A DNA stretch of 64,000 nt from Octopus vulgaris. Lineage: Eukaryota. The position numbers were made by a program, and so were the translations under genes. The stretch spans positions 46,748,001 through 46,812,000 of the forward strand of contig OX597837.1 in the NCBI GenBank assembly GCA_951406725.2. Reading direction: 5' to 3'. A model generated the notes under the pieces. That model was given only the letters and a program-made list of their open reading frames with translations. It was not told the DNA's origin and did no database searches. This document shows positions 37,024 to 50,800 of the stretch, one piece after another. The first letter of the stretch is position 1. The number at the start of each line of letters is the position of its first letter.

Positions 37024-38277
37024 GCGTGTGTGTGTGTGTGTGTATATATATTATATTTATATATTATATATATATAATATATATATTATATATATATATA
37101 TATATTATATATATAATGTCAAGGTACTTGTCAAATTGTAGGCATATTTACAATCATAACCCACCAAAAATCTATTGTATTGGAGTTATGTGATCGAATG
37201 GAGGAATAAATATTAGGTTTATAAAGAAACCAATAAATTTAATTCAAACAAGGAAAGGATTTGTGTGTGTATGTATGTGTCTGTGTATGTCTGTTATATA
37301 TATATATCATATATATAGAAGATGTTTTGATATTGCAGAAATTTTTACTAAATTTACAAAACTGGATTATTTTTGCATCATTTTGTATATAAAATAAAAT
37401 ACATCAAGAATATTTGAATTTAAAAAAAGAATTATGAAAATTAAAAATTTTGCCTTGGAAATGTTAATTTCTATAGATTTATGTATTTTGTGTTTTTTTT
37501 TTCCATGTAAGTGTCTTTTTGTTTTTGAGATGAGAACTTTAGGAAGCAGCAAACCTCTGGAGAGAAGATCTGAAAACCCACTTAACCCTTTTCCATTCAG
37601 GTTACCATGTCTAATGTGATGCTTATTTTAGTATGAAGAAACTCAAATAAGCCCACTGTGTGTGTGTGTGTGTGTGTATCCTTTTCTTGACATCATGTGG
37701 TTGTAAATGAATATCACTGTCAGACAAATAATGTCTATTTCCAGTCTTCCGTGTCTGACCATAGAGAAATATTATCTTGCTTGGAAACAGGTGAAGGTTG
37801 GCAACAGAAAGGACATCTGGCCATAGAAAATCTGCCTCAATAAACTCTGTCCCATACAAACATAGAACAATGGGTATTAGTAGCTGTGTGGTAAGTAGCT
37901 TGCTTACCAACCACATGGTTCCGGGTTCAGTCCCACAGCGTGGCACCTTGGGCAAGTGTCTTCTACTATAGCCTCAGGCTGACCAAAGCCTTGTGAGTGG
38001 ATTTGGTTGACGGAAACTGGAAGAAGCCCGTCGTATATATATGTTTGTGTGTCTGTATTTGTCCCCCCAACATCGCTTGACAACCGATGCTGGTGTGTTT
38101 ACGTCTCTGTAACTTAGTGGTTTGCTAAAAAGAGACCAATATAATAAGTACTAGGCTTACAAAGAATAAGTCCTGGGGTTGATTTGCTCGACTAAAGGCG
38201 GTGCTCCAGCATGGCCACCATCAAATGACTGAAGCAAGTAAAAGAGTATAGATTGAGGCTCTGATGAAACTGTAAAG

Positions 38278-38461
38278 CAGAGTTTCTCAACCGTTTCCTT
38301 ACATCTGTACCTCGTAGCCATTCAGTGTTTCAAAAATAATATATTTAGAATAAAATATAAGGAATTGTACAAAAACAGTGTTGAAATATTTGGTGTATTG
38401 TAGAAGTATAAGCAATTTATTACAGAGAAATTTTTTATGGGACCCTGGTTGAGAACTATTG
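38278..38461. mobile_element. hAT-type MITE
   Basis: Termini cagagtttctcaacc and ggttgagaactattg; degenerate 8-bp TSD. Confidence 0.7.
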
Positions 38462-38881
38462 CTATATAGTGTTTCTTGGGCATTTAACTATGAGTTCATA
38501 ACATCATACAGTGGAAACAACAAAACCTGTTACTCTGAGTATTTGCCATGTAACTCACAAAACTAAAAAACTTCTTTGGAGGAAGGTGGCTTTATGCTAG
38601 GTATTGATAGGTGAAAGTATGATAGATAGAAAGACAGGAATTGGTTTCTTGCTGTAAAAGAGATACATGACTAATCTGCATTCTATAAGAGTAGTAGGAG
38701 TAATTAGGGTGGAACTGGAAGGTGTGATAAAGTGTGGTGATGATAAGGTGTTAGGGTAACCCCCTCAAGGTATTAGAAGGTAAATAGAAGAGAGAGTGGA
38801 GGTGATATGGTGCTCAGGCAACTCACTTGCAGGTTATGATCAAGGAGAAATGTGGTCCTTGAAATGTAATTACTGCAAAAA

Positions 38882-38919
38882 CTGTCCGATGAACGGCAAC
38901 GGGAAACTCAGAGTAACAG
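38882..38919 (+). ncRNA. Minimal hammerhead-like motif (U4C variant)
   Basis: ctgt-CCGATGA-acggcaacgg-GAAA-CTCAGAG-TA-acag. Confidence 0.5.
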
Positions 38920-40204
38920 GTTTTGTTGAATTTTCTACTGCTTTAAATAAAGCATATTACTCTACCACTGGTATTTGAGTACTCTTTTATACACCTTGTT
39001 TCACATTTATGTGTTTACTCCAGTATTTATATATATATATATATATTTCGTACTACCTGTTAATCCTTCCTTTGTCATCTCTTTTCTTATTGCCACTCCA
39101 TATCCGACTGATGCTTTGTTTAGAAGCGTATGTATATTGAGACCTCTACACCAGGTTATTAGTATCACAATGCCTCCTGAGTGAAATATTAAAAATATAT
39201 GTGTGAAAACTTGATATTTTTTTCTACTGGGCATTCCTCTGTTGTCATATATCTGAAAAGAGGTAAAATTTATTCAAATTTCAAAAACTATGAACAAAAA
39301 TTGTAGAGGAACTTTGAAAAAAGCCATAAAAGGTGATGATAAAAATATTATTTAGTGTTCAATCAGATAACACTGGAAAGGCTTAAAATAAATGAGAACA
39401 AAAACAACAACTGTATCTGACAGTCCACAATTGATGTGAATGTTTATATTCCACACTCGTTCCCCACTTGAGTAAAGTGATGTTTATGTTATCACCCATT
39501 CTTAACAATATGACTGTATCTCTACACTTTCAAAGAACTGTAGAACAAATAATTCCTTTAGATACACAAACAAACATTGGTAACAGGAAGAGCATGCAGC
39601 TGAAAATTCCAATCTGAAATAACTCTGTCCCAAGCCATCGGGTTTTTATTTGAAGTTACTGACCTCCTGTTTAATTTGGGGACCATTTCATATGTTAGAT
39701 TCTTTTCCCTCTGATGCCACCTGAGCCAATTGTGAATCACAATATGCAATTGTGTACATGTGTATATGACACACAGAACACTTAGAGATAAGTCATTTAA
39801 AAGCCAGTCAGAACAAACATTCCCTTCAATACAAAAACACACAAACAGTTCAGTAAAAATAAACATGAATTTAATGAATGAATTTGCTTGTTTCTTCACA
39901 GTAATAGTGTTTTATAGTATTACGCAGTTGTCAGAATTTTTATTGTTGGTTATTTTTTATTGCTTTCACACTCAAAAACCTTCCAGTCCCTCCTTATCCC
40001 TCTCTTCCTCCTCCTCCTCCTCCTCTTCTCTCTGCTCATTGCTGTTAACTTCCTCTCTTTCTCATAAAGATAATAAGTGATATTCATTTGTCATCTTTAT
40101 GTGACAATGACCGAGCAGCTACAGAAAAAATAGAGATAAAATAAATGTGTAGAGAAGTATTTTGCTGTGACCAAGAAGGCCTATTCTAGTAGAGAAGTGA
40201 AACC

Positions 40205-40510
40205 ACATGGCTTGGTGGATACAGGTGTTCAGTTCACAATCGTAAGGTTGTGAGCTCAATTCCTGGCAACGCATTGTGTCCTTGAGCAAGACACTTTATT
40301 TCACATTGCTACAGTCCACTCAACTGACAAAAATGTTTTGTACATGTAATTGAAAGGGTCAACCTTGTCACACTCTGTGTCACGCTGAATCTCCCTGAGA
40401 ACGACATTAAGGGTACAAGTGTCTGTGGAGTGCTCAGTCAGTTGCACTTTAATTTCAGGAGGAGGAGGAGGAGGAGGCTGTTCCATTGAGCAGATCAACT
40501 AGAACCTTTG
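40205..40510 (+). mobile_element. Family-D SINE
   Basis: tRNA-like head and gtgtccttgagcaagacactt core; matches the element at 190-715. Confidence 0.75.
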
Positions 40511-40559
40511 TTGTATTTCTCTACCAGATCACACACTGATGTTCACCGATACTAGGCTT

Positions 40560-40930
40560 GCTATGGGTGTAATTTGCAATCTTCCCTATTGGCCCCTGCT
40601 TCAGAGATTCTGAAAGATTCAAAAGTCTTTTAGCCCCTGCTGCTAGCATCTTTCATGCAAACTTTCTCAAGCCAGATCTTCATATGGACTGAGATTGGTC
40701 TTGTAATCTTTCAAGGATCTTTTGGTGCATCTTTGAATGCTTTGTGTGGTGCACCAATACTGCACCCTCCATTTGCAGCTCAGAATAGAAAACAGCCTTT
40801 TGCAGTCTACATTCAGACATTTTGACTAACTCAATGCAGTTGGATTTGGAAACAAACTTGGAACATTGACATGCCTAACAACTGATTTGAGAATTTTCTC
40901 CTGCCATTTTATGACTAGAATCTTCTTTAC
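40560..40930 (-). mobile_element. RTE LINE RT C-terminal relic
   Basis: Fragments KKILVIKWQEKI, KAVFYSELQ and SIGAPHKAFKD across frameshifts. Confidence 0.65.
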
Positions 40931-41562
40931 AGGGTGGGCCTGAAAGATTCACCCATTGATATTTCTTAATCATTCAAAATAAACTTAAAGGTAGGTTAAT
41001 GAAATTTGGCACACCTGTTCTAATGTAAATTGTCAATCCATTGCATTAATTACATTTCAAGGACCACATTTCTCCTTGATCATAACCTGCAAGTGAGTTG
41101 CCTGAGCACCATATCACCTCCACTCTCTCTTCTATTTACCTTCTAATACCTTGAGAGGGTTACCCTACCACTTTACCATCACCACACTTTATCACACCTT
41201 CCACTTCCACCTTAATTACTCCGACTACTCTTATAGAATGCAGATTAGTCATGTATCTCTTTTACAGCAAGAAACCAATTCCTGTCTTTCTATCTATCAT
41301 ACTTTCACCTATCAATACCTAGCATAAAGCCACCTTCCTCCAAAGAAGTTTTTTAGTTTTGTGAGTTACATGGCAATTTCACTGGTGCTGATGCCACAAA
41401 GAAAGCATTCACTGCATTGTGGGAAGCAGTTTGCATTAGGAAGGGCATCCAGCAGTAGAAACTTAGCCAAAACAGATGGAACTCAGTGCAATTCTCTGGC
41501 TTGTTGAGTCTTCTTAAATCATCCACCCAATGCCAGTATGGAAAACTGATATCAAATGCTGA

Positions 41563-41617
<55 letters not shown>

Positions 41618-41744
41618 TATATTTCGTACTACCTCTTAATCCTTCCTTTTACTATGGCTTCTTGTGCTATTCTCTCCTATTCTCTCTGCTATTCCCTACT
41701 GCCCAGGGTGAAAATCTCCACTTCTAGTCGCAGCAAATATATAT

Positions 41745-41789
<45 letters not shown>

Positions 41790-41792
<3 letters not shown>

Positions 41793-42267
41793 GAGTTGGC
41801 ACTGTCAATGTAGGTACATTGAAAGGTAGGTCTAGTGAGATTGTAGAGATGCTTGAATGGAGACATGTTGATGTATGCTGCATACAAAAGGCAAGGTGGA
41901 GAGGAAATTCAGCCAGGGTCCTGACAGGCAAGGCACATAGGTATAAGATTTTCTGGGAAGCTAACAATGATGGAGTAGGGGGTGTAGGCATACTCCTTGC
42001 AGAGAAATGGGTAGATAAGGTCATAGAGGGATAGACAAGTGGTTAGTAAGAGCTGTACAGGGATGCTGTCAGTAAGGTAAGGTTCGGCAATGAGTATAGT
42101 GAAGAAATCTGGGTAGAAGAAGGGGTTCACCAAGGATCAGTGCTTAGCCCCCTCTTATTCAGCGTAATCCTCCAGATGAATTCAAGACAGGCTGCCCCTG
42201 GGAGCTCCTCTATACTGATGACCTTGTTTTCATTGCTGAATCACTACCAAAACTAGAGAAGAAATTA
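41790..42267 (+). mobile_element. Internally deleted RTE LINE (APE N-terminus joined to RT core)
   Basis: RVGTVNVGTLKGRSSEIV...VDVCCIQ..W...GVGILL followed directly by GVHQGSVLSPLLF...PWELLYTDDLV. Confidence 0.88.
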
Positions 42268-43051
42268 CACCCAGTGTAAGCTGGGTACACCTGAAATTGG
42301 TAGACGGAAACTGAAAGAATCTCATCGTATATACATATATATCATGCCGGTGGTACATAAAATGCACCATTTGAGTATGATCGTTGCCAGTGTTGCTTTA
42401 CCAGCACGTGCTGGTGGTACGTGAAAAGCAACATTTGAACGTGGTCGTTGCCAGTGCCGCCGGACTGGCTCCCATGCAGGTAGCACGTAAAAAACACCCT
42501 TTGAGCATGGTCGTTGCCAGAACCGCCTGACTGGCCCTCGTGCTGGTGACACGTAAAAGCATCCATTACACTCTCGGAGTGGTTGGCGTTAGGAAGGGCA
42601 TCGAGTTGTAGAAACTTTGCCAGATTAAGACTGGAGCCTGGTGCAGCCTCCTGGCTCACCAGTCCTCAGTCAAACCCATGCCAGCATGGAAAGTGGACGT
42701 TAAACGACGACGACGACGACGATGATGATGATATATGTTTGTGTGTCTTTGTCCTCCCACCCTTGCTTGACAAACGATGTTGGTGTGTTTACATCCCTGT
42801 AACTTAGCGGTTCGACACAAGAGACTGATAGAATAAGTACTAGGCTTTCAAGGAAGAAGTCCCGGGGTCGATTTGTTCGACTAAAGGCTGCAGTCAAATG
42901 ACTGAAACAAACAAAAGAGTTTTATCAATCTTTGTTTTTATATTTAGTTATGATAAAAGCCAACTTTACATTAATCTGATGGGTTACTCCGTACTTTTGC
43001 AGAGAACAAATTTTATTATTTCACTGTTAACAACATTCTGGTATAAGAATA

Positions 43052-43339
<288 letters not shown>

Positions 43340-43469
43340 CGAAATAAGCAACAAGGATGTCCAAAGTAGTGTAGTATAATCGTTTCATGCTACTTCATTT
43401 TATTAAACACTTATAATACCATATATACGCCTATATATATATATACACCTATATATATATACTCAGACA

Positions 43470-43640
43470 CACACATGCGTATAAACGAAAGAGAAGAGAC
43501 GAGAAAGAGAAAGTGTGCGTGCGCGAGCGTAGAACTCTTCTGTGTTTGGAAGTGAGTGGAGCTCTCCTGCGTCAGTTGCAAAAAGGTTGTTGTTGTTGTT
43601 GTTGGTTGTTTTTTGGATTTCATTTTCAGGAAATGCTAAA
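43470..43640 (+). promoter_or_regulatory. Putative UBFD1 promoter and 5' UTR
   Basis: CpG-containing gtgcgtgcgcgagcg (loosely NRF1-like) just upstream of the start exon. Confidence 0.4.
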
Positions 43641-43656
43641 ATGGCCGAAGCTGCAG
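43641..43656 (+). CDS. UBFD1: UBFD1 coding exon 1 (MAEAA)
   Basis: aaaATGG context (also YY1-like AAAATGGCCG); CAG|gtgaga donor, phase 1. Confidence 0.7.
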
Positions 43657-44791
43657 GTGAGAAGGATTCGAAACTTGTAGCAACTTGTAGCCAGGGTGCA
43701 AGATTAGCTACCTACCTACCTACCTCCACTCCATTGCACCACCACCCCCAACACCACACTTTTCTTTATTTAATTCAACTCTTATTAAACACACACATGC
43801 TGCACATACATATATATACATATATACACATGTATACACACATATATATACATATATACACATATATACACATATATATACATATATACACATATATACA
43901 CATGTATATACATATATACTCATATATACACATGTATATACATATATACACATATATACACATATATACACATGTATATACATATATACTCATATATACA
44001 CACACACATGCTGCACATACATATATATACACATATATATACATATATACACATATATACACATATATATACATATATATACACACAAAATGTCTCTTAG
44101 ACGGAGGAGCTGTCTTTCACCCTTAATTTTTCTCGACCCTAAAAAATCTGGTTACAGAATATTTTTCTTACAGTTTAAACTTTGCCATTCTTGAATTCAT
44201 TTCTCATTCTTTTACACATGTTGTTTATAATTGTGGAATAAGGAAAGCATCGAACGTTTCTCCAAGAAACAACTCAACCAAATACAATCAACTGAGTCCG
44301 AAAAACGCATTTCGTGTTCTTCTAGGGTTTTCTTTTTCGAATAATACCATATATATGTATGTATATATATATATATATATATGTATACATATACATACAT
44401 ACATATAGATAGATCTATATATTTATATATATATATATATACACATGTATATATGTATATATATATATGTATGTATATATATGTATAGGATGTTAGAGGG
44501 GTTCCCAGGGAATCCAGCGAAGCATATATTCTTCACATTTCATTTAGAAACCCAAATTATATTATTTGTGGATATTTTGAAATGGATTTTTGCAAAAGCC
44601 ATATTTTATACAGAACTGTGAATTTCCTGTTTGTACAGAATTAATATAAGTTTAAGTAGTTGGTTATTGTATTGTATTGTATTGTATTGGGAAATGCTTC
44701 ATACTTTCTCCTTTGTACCATATTTGAGCCGAGAGTAATTTATACATATGTTGCTAACGCCATATATACACAAATGACACAACAGTCTGTG

Positions 44792-44834
<43 letters not shown>

Positions 44835-47800
44835 GTAGGTCTATATACATTTATGTACAAGTGTGTGTATATATATATGCATAAATATAGGGATTTAACA
44901 GCAAACCGAACCAACAGTTTAGCCTAAATGACTATAGAATATATATATATCCGTTAATACATAACGCATGTGTTCGTATTTATAAATTAGAATATGTTTG
45001 CATTATATCTATATATGTGTGTGTGTATGAGCCCTTTTTCTCCCCCCTTAAAACACTTAGAACCCAATTCTCTGCTGCCCCACGGGTTCCCTGTCCATTC
45101 TGCCACTGTCTCACCCCAATTTGCAGTCCGAATAATATTAAGATGCTCGGCTGACGTCATAGAAACACGCAAAATTCGCCAGTTTCTTCCCCAAAATGCC
45201 CGTCAGTCTTCTTCGAAGCACCGTTCTGCTTCCATTTGCATGGTATTCGCAGATTTACGAGAGAGCTTCTTCACCAAATGCGAAGCCACTTTCTCGAACC
45301 TTCCACTCGAAAACTAATGTTGACGTGTATTACGTGTGCGTGTGTGTCTTATTTTAACAGGAGCCAAGAATTAATGGAGAAATAACAAAACCAGCACTTA
45401 TTTGTCAACAGGATGAGTAAATCCTATTTTGGCAGCCCTTGAAGTGTTTGTTGCCTAAACTTTAAGAAAGAAGGCACACGACCTAACCAAACCACATTAA
45501 TTCTCATGATTCGAGTTGAGGGATGGCTTTATTCGTGATCACCCGACCTGCTAAGAATCACCAACTTAATTTCCTTAATGTTTTCAATTAAAAGGGGAAA
45601 GCACAAGGAGAAAGGACAGGGTGGTCACGGGTAGAATGCTTTAATTATAAATCTGTTCTTGCAGGGCTCACTTGCATTTCAATATTTGCATGATTGACTT
45701 AATTGTTTTTCTTATGGCAATTAGAAGCAATTTTATCTTTAATAATTATTTTGATTTAAGATCCCGTGAACGGAGTTCTTTATGTATTAAAAAAAAGAAA
45801 ATCCTTAATATTTCAGGACTAATTTCGCAACTTTTAGTGTCTTAAATTTCTGAGGCCTATTTTCAGTGTATCATAATTTTATTTTATCTAGAAAGCCAGA
45901 TAAAAAAATCTTGATGGTTTTCTCTAAAGCTTTGTGGTTTTTAAAGCTCGACTTTGATAAATTTCTGAAAGACATTTTAACGCCGGCGAACTGTTGACAC
46001 CAAACAAAAGGACTTATTGATAATTTTCTTTAAAGATTACCACAATTTTTTCTTTCTTTTTTCTTTCTTTGAAAAAAGAAAGAAAATCCACTTATCGATA
46101 AGTCCATATGTTCTTTCGTAAGTCCGCAATGGGGGGCTAATGCAGAATCGCATCTCACCATAAAAAATGCATTTTTCTGAAAAGGTTTATTCTGATTTCT
46201 AGGTTTTACATGTCGGAGATGACGAATATGTAAAAAAATAAATAAATAACCCCCTACCCCACAAAAAATACGGTGATTTTAACAACAAACCGAAACAACA
46301 GTTTCTACAGTTTAGCCTAAATGAACGTAAAGTGCCCTTTATATGGTTTTGCATGGATTCCAGCTTTGTTTTGGAAATGATAGAGAAGTGTACATGAATA
46401 AAAAAATTTTTTTTCTCATTATGCTTTAGTCAGAAGGGAGGAGGGGGGCAATATTCATGACCCTTTTTCAGGATCACTAAGACTAGTGAACGGAAGTTAT
46501 ACTCAGACTTGAAATCTGGCTAAAGGTGCCTAAGACCAGGCATAAGGTTAGACAGATTAGGGCCATCACTTTTGCCTGGAAAAAACATGTAGTTCTCTCA
46601 GTGGCAATTCCTAAGTTGTTCACAGAAACTCTGCCATTTTTAGATTTCTTCCTGGCAAACAACTTGTTGGAGCTTCTAACTTGCTCAAAACAGCTGCCAA
46701 AGCTCCCTCATTTCATGTCCTTCCATCTTAAAACAAGAAGGGTCACATAGGCACAGGTGTGGCTATATGGTAAAAAAGTTTGCTGCCCAATCGCATTCTT
46801 CTGGGTTCAGTCCCACTGCATGACTCCTTGAGCAAGTTTCTTCTACTATAACCCTGGACCAGACAGGCCTTGTCTGTGGATTTGGTGAACAGAAACCGAA
46901 AGAAGCCTGTCAAAAATGTGTGTCTTCGTGTCTGTGTTTGTTTCTCACCACCACTCGACAGCTGGTTGGTGTGTTTATGTCCCTAACTTAGTGGTTCAGC
47001 AAAAGAAGCAAAAATGACTGCAGTCTAATGACTAAAACAGGCAAATAATAAAAAAGAAAAGAGAGCATAATATCATCTTAGATGGAAAAAAAAAGGATGA
47101 TCATGGTTGGAATGTCTTTGGATTATATGTTGCTGGACAACAGCAACAACAATCATCCCATAAGATACACTATGAATTATTCATGCTCTCTTTGACCCAA
47201 GAATCTGTATGTATTGCAGAAAAATACACAAACTTAAAAGTTGTGCTTGCTATGGAAAGACATCAATAAACAAACCCAACAGGCAAATGCTTAGATAACA
47301 ATTATGCAAAGAAATACAATGAATTACTTAAATTTCGTAGACTGAGTTCATTGTTGTTGAGTCCCAAATCAACTCTGGTTAAGAGCTAAACAATAGCAGC
47401 AAACAAAAACATTTGTTCAGGCACAGGCATTGCTGTGAGTTTGCTTCCCAAGTGGTGTTACTTAACCATCCTCTTATCTAATATCATTATTTAGTACCCA
47501 GTCTAAAACAAATTGGTAAGATGGGCTGAAATGGATCTATTATACTGTATCCTTTGATTAATATATCCACCCTGTTGAGTGCATATTTTTCTGACTTATG
47601 AATTCTTTGATGTCGTTTTGTAAGGGTTTTTGGGTTAAATTTGATGATTTTCTTTTACGTCTCCTTTTTTCAGGAACCGCTTGATCTGTTTGGTGGACAG
47701 TCAATAATGTTGGAAAGTGTAAAGCTAAAAGTTGTAGTTAAGAGAAAAAGCTGACATAGAGAACTGAATATTGGAAAAGAGTTACCCGTGTCCTGATGAT

Positions 47801-50800
47801 TGATGCTGGGTCTCAAAACGCAGACACCATGACGGCTGCTCAATGCTCTGTGACCATTATAAAGGCTGTAAGAAGTGACATGGATAGCTGCACTGGAGAC
47901 TACCCAGCCATGGCCAACAGGAAGGGACACAGCTATTGTTCTGACTGGTGTCCACATGCTGGAATCCATCCACCAACTGCAGGAACAGGTCCTTAGGCTC
48001 AATTCAGATGGCTACGGGAAGCTGCCGGAGACTGTAGTGAAACCCTGGCAGGAGAGGGTTGCTACTGTAAGGCCATGTGTGTGGCAGCAGGATTTGGCTC
48101 CTTACCTTACCTCCGGAAATCATCAGACATGGTTGTCAGAGAATTTCTGTGACTTCACCAGCCCCAATTTCTGGCCTCCTAATTTCCTTGATTGCAATCC
48201 TTTGGATTACTGTTAGGGGTATGGTTGAGAAAGACATTAACTGCTCTGTATGTAACACCAAGGCCAAGTGGTGAAGGTCAAGGAGGTGTTTGAAGATCTT
48301 CCCAGGGACACAATGAGGAATGCTTGTGTCAGGTTCCAGAGTCATCTTGAAGCTGTGGTGGAAGCTGAGGGCAGTTACTTTGGAGTAAACCATTATCATC
48401 CAGCCCTAATCTGGTTGATATTTAAAAAAGTTTTTTAAATACTTTTATTTTTGGATGGGATATTGTTTTCCTATCCTTTTATGCAAAGTGTCAAATTTAA
48501 CCCCAACCCCCTGTATAAATGGATGCCAGTGAGTATAAATGTGCGAGTGTTCGTTTCACCTTGCCTTGACATCCCATAATTGTTGTAAATGATTGTCATT
48601 CAAGCAGCATCATTCATTTCCAATATTCTGTGAAAATATGTCTGGCCATGGGGGAAATATTACATTCCATGCAAACAGGTTATGGATTGGTGACAGAAAG
48701 GGCCATCCAGCCTTAGAAAACTTCCCTTGATAACTTTGTCCAACCCCTGCAGGGATGGACATTAGAACGATGATAATGTATTTAGGACGATATTCAGTGT
48801 GTCTTCTATTTGTTCCAACATGGTAGGGAGTGACTTGAAGGAGGTGTGGCTGCTATTTCTAGCAGGTCAAATGATCTTTGAGAGTGGCAGTTCTCAATCA
48901 AAGTCCATATGGCAATTTTGTATTTATTTAAAAAATTTTTTAGATATTTTGTTTTTAACAACTATTGATTGTTTATTTTTCATTTTCATTTTCATAGAAA
49001 ATTCTGAACTGAGTGCATTAAAAATGGAAAATGAACAGTTTGAATGTTCAGCTGATGTCAACGATTCATTGCCGAATGACGTGGAAATAACGGACAAAGA
49101 TGCTCAACCAACAACAGGTCAGTGGGTGGGGCTTTTCTTCTTCCTTTCTTTCCTTTCCTTTCTGCATCTCTTGTTGCAGCTGTTCAAATATACCAACCAT
49201 TGCTAACACACACCTTCATGGAACTTTACAATATATATACACACATACATACATACATACACTAGCAGAGATACCTGGCATTGCTCAGGATTAAAATGGC
49301 AAATGGCATAGCTTGTATATATATATATATATATATATATACAACGGGAAGATTTACGAAAATAAACAAAAGACGAAAGCAGGTGGAGTACAAACAAACA
49401 ATTGTATTAGTATGGTGCTCAGGAATAGAAATAAAACAAGTCTTTTACGTTTCGAGCCGACGCTCTTCAACAGAAAGATACATAGAAAAGAAACAAGGAG
49501 AGAAAAAATGCGTGTAGGAGCTAACGGTCCAATATATAACAGTTACGTTGGAACAGGTGATATGGGCAAGTACAGTATTAACAAAACATTTGTGGAGTAA
49601 TTTTAAAGCTTTGCAGAAACAGCAATTTCAGTCCAGCACACCAATTGTTTCAAGCATTGTCGTTCAGTGCTTGAAACAGGGAGTAGAAGGACAGACGACA
49701 ACTGATGAAGGGTTGTCTTTTACGTTACTTGTCTTGTCTTCCATTTGTTTCTCTCGTTGTTTGTGTACCCAATTTTATATTCGTATTTCATGTTATGTTT
49801 TGTGACGTCCTGTACCCATATATGCACACACATATATATATATATATATATATCATCATCATCATCTTCGTTTAGCGTCCGTTTTCCATGCTAGCATGGG
49901 TTGGACGGTTCGACTAGGGTCTGGGAAGCCAGGAGGCTGCACCAGGCTCCAGTCTGATCTGGCAGTGTTTCTACGGCTGGATGCCCTTCCTAACGCCAAC
50001 CACTCCGTGAGTGTAGTGGGTGCTTCTTACGTGCCACCTGCACAGGTGCCAGGCGAGGCTGGCAAACAGCCACGATCGGTTGGTGCTTTTATGTGTCACC
50101 AGCACAGGTGATGTCACTGGCACGGGTATATATATATATATTATTTGATTGAACGCCACGCATCCATTTCCAAGTAAGTTTATGTATATAAAAATGCATG
50201 TGCATGCAGTTATTGGACTGTGACCCCAGGTTGTCTCTACCTTCAATGGTTTCAGTGATTCTACTCATTATTTATACTCGATCACTTACTAAATGTTTAA
50301 TCACCGTCAGTGCTTAAACCGTTTTGTCTCCAATGGAATGAGTTCTGCATCATTTAGAACCAATATATTGGGTTGCCTTAACTGTGGTTGGACAGATGGA
50401 TTCAAATGTCAGTATTGGAAACAAAGCAAGTGTATTCATTGATGACCTGTAACATTTTCATGTGATCCATTTGCAGCTAACTGGATTGATTTAAAAAAAA
50501 AAAAATTATTTAGAGATGAAATGTCTTCACTTTGTCACAATATGCCACTGTTCTTGTGAACATGAACTATCAGCTCCTTTACTAATTAGCTGGCACTCAA
50601 CCAGCTTACTAATCTGATGTTCTATATACATTATATATATGGAGCTAGTATGCTTACAATGACTTGGCATTGTCCCAGCATGCCTAGCTAGACCAGTATC
50701 TACATTCATACAAAAGTACAAATGATGTACTTTTTTTATATGTTCCAAATTGGTTTGGGTTTTCTGATTCACAGTTTGTCTGCAGCTCTCAGTTGTACCC

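Larger units (their letters stand above)
38543..41376. repeat. 330-bp inverted duplication (38543-38872 vs 41047-41376)
   Basis: Arms are reverse complements with only about seven substitutions by manual count; 2.2-kb spacer. Confidence 0.93.

Noticed and set aside
42346-42570. Repeat-spacer-like array suggesting CRISPR
   Set aside because: Eukaryotic context, no cas genes, linkers similar to each other, and part of a dispersed retroelement.
50240-50315. Additional hammerhead-like match on the minus strand (CTGACGG...GAAAC)
   Set aside because: Core mismatch and no convincing stems I or III.
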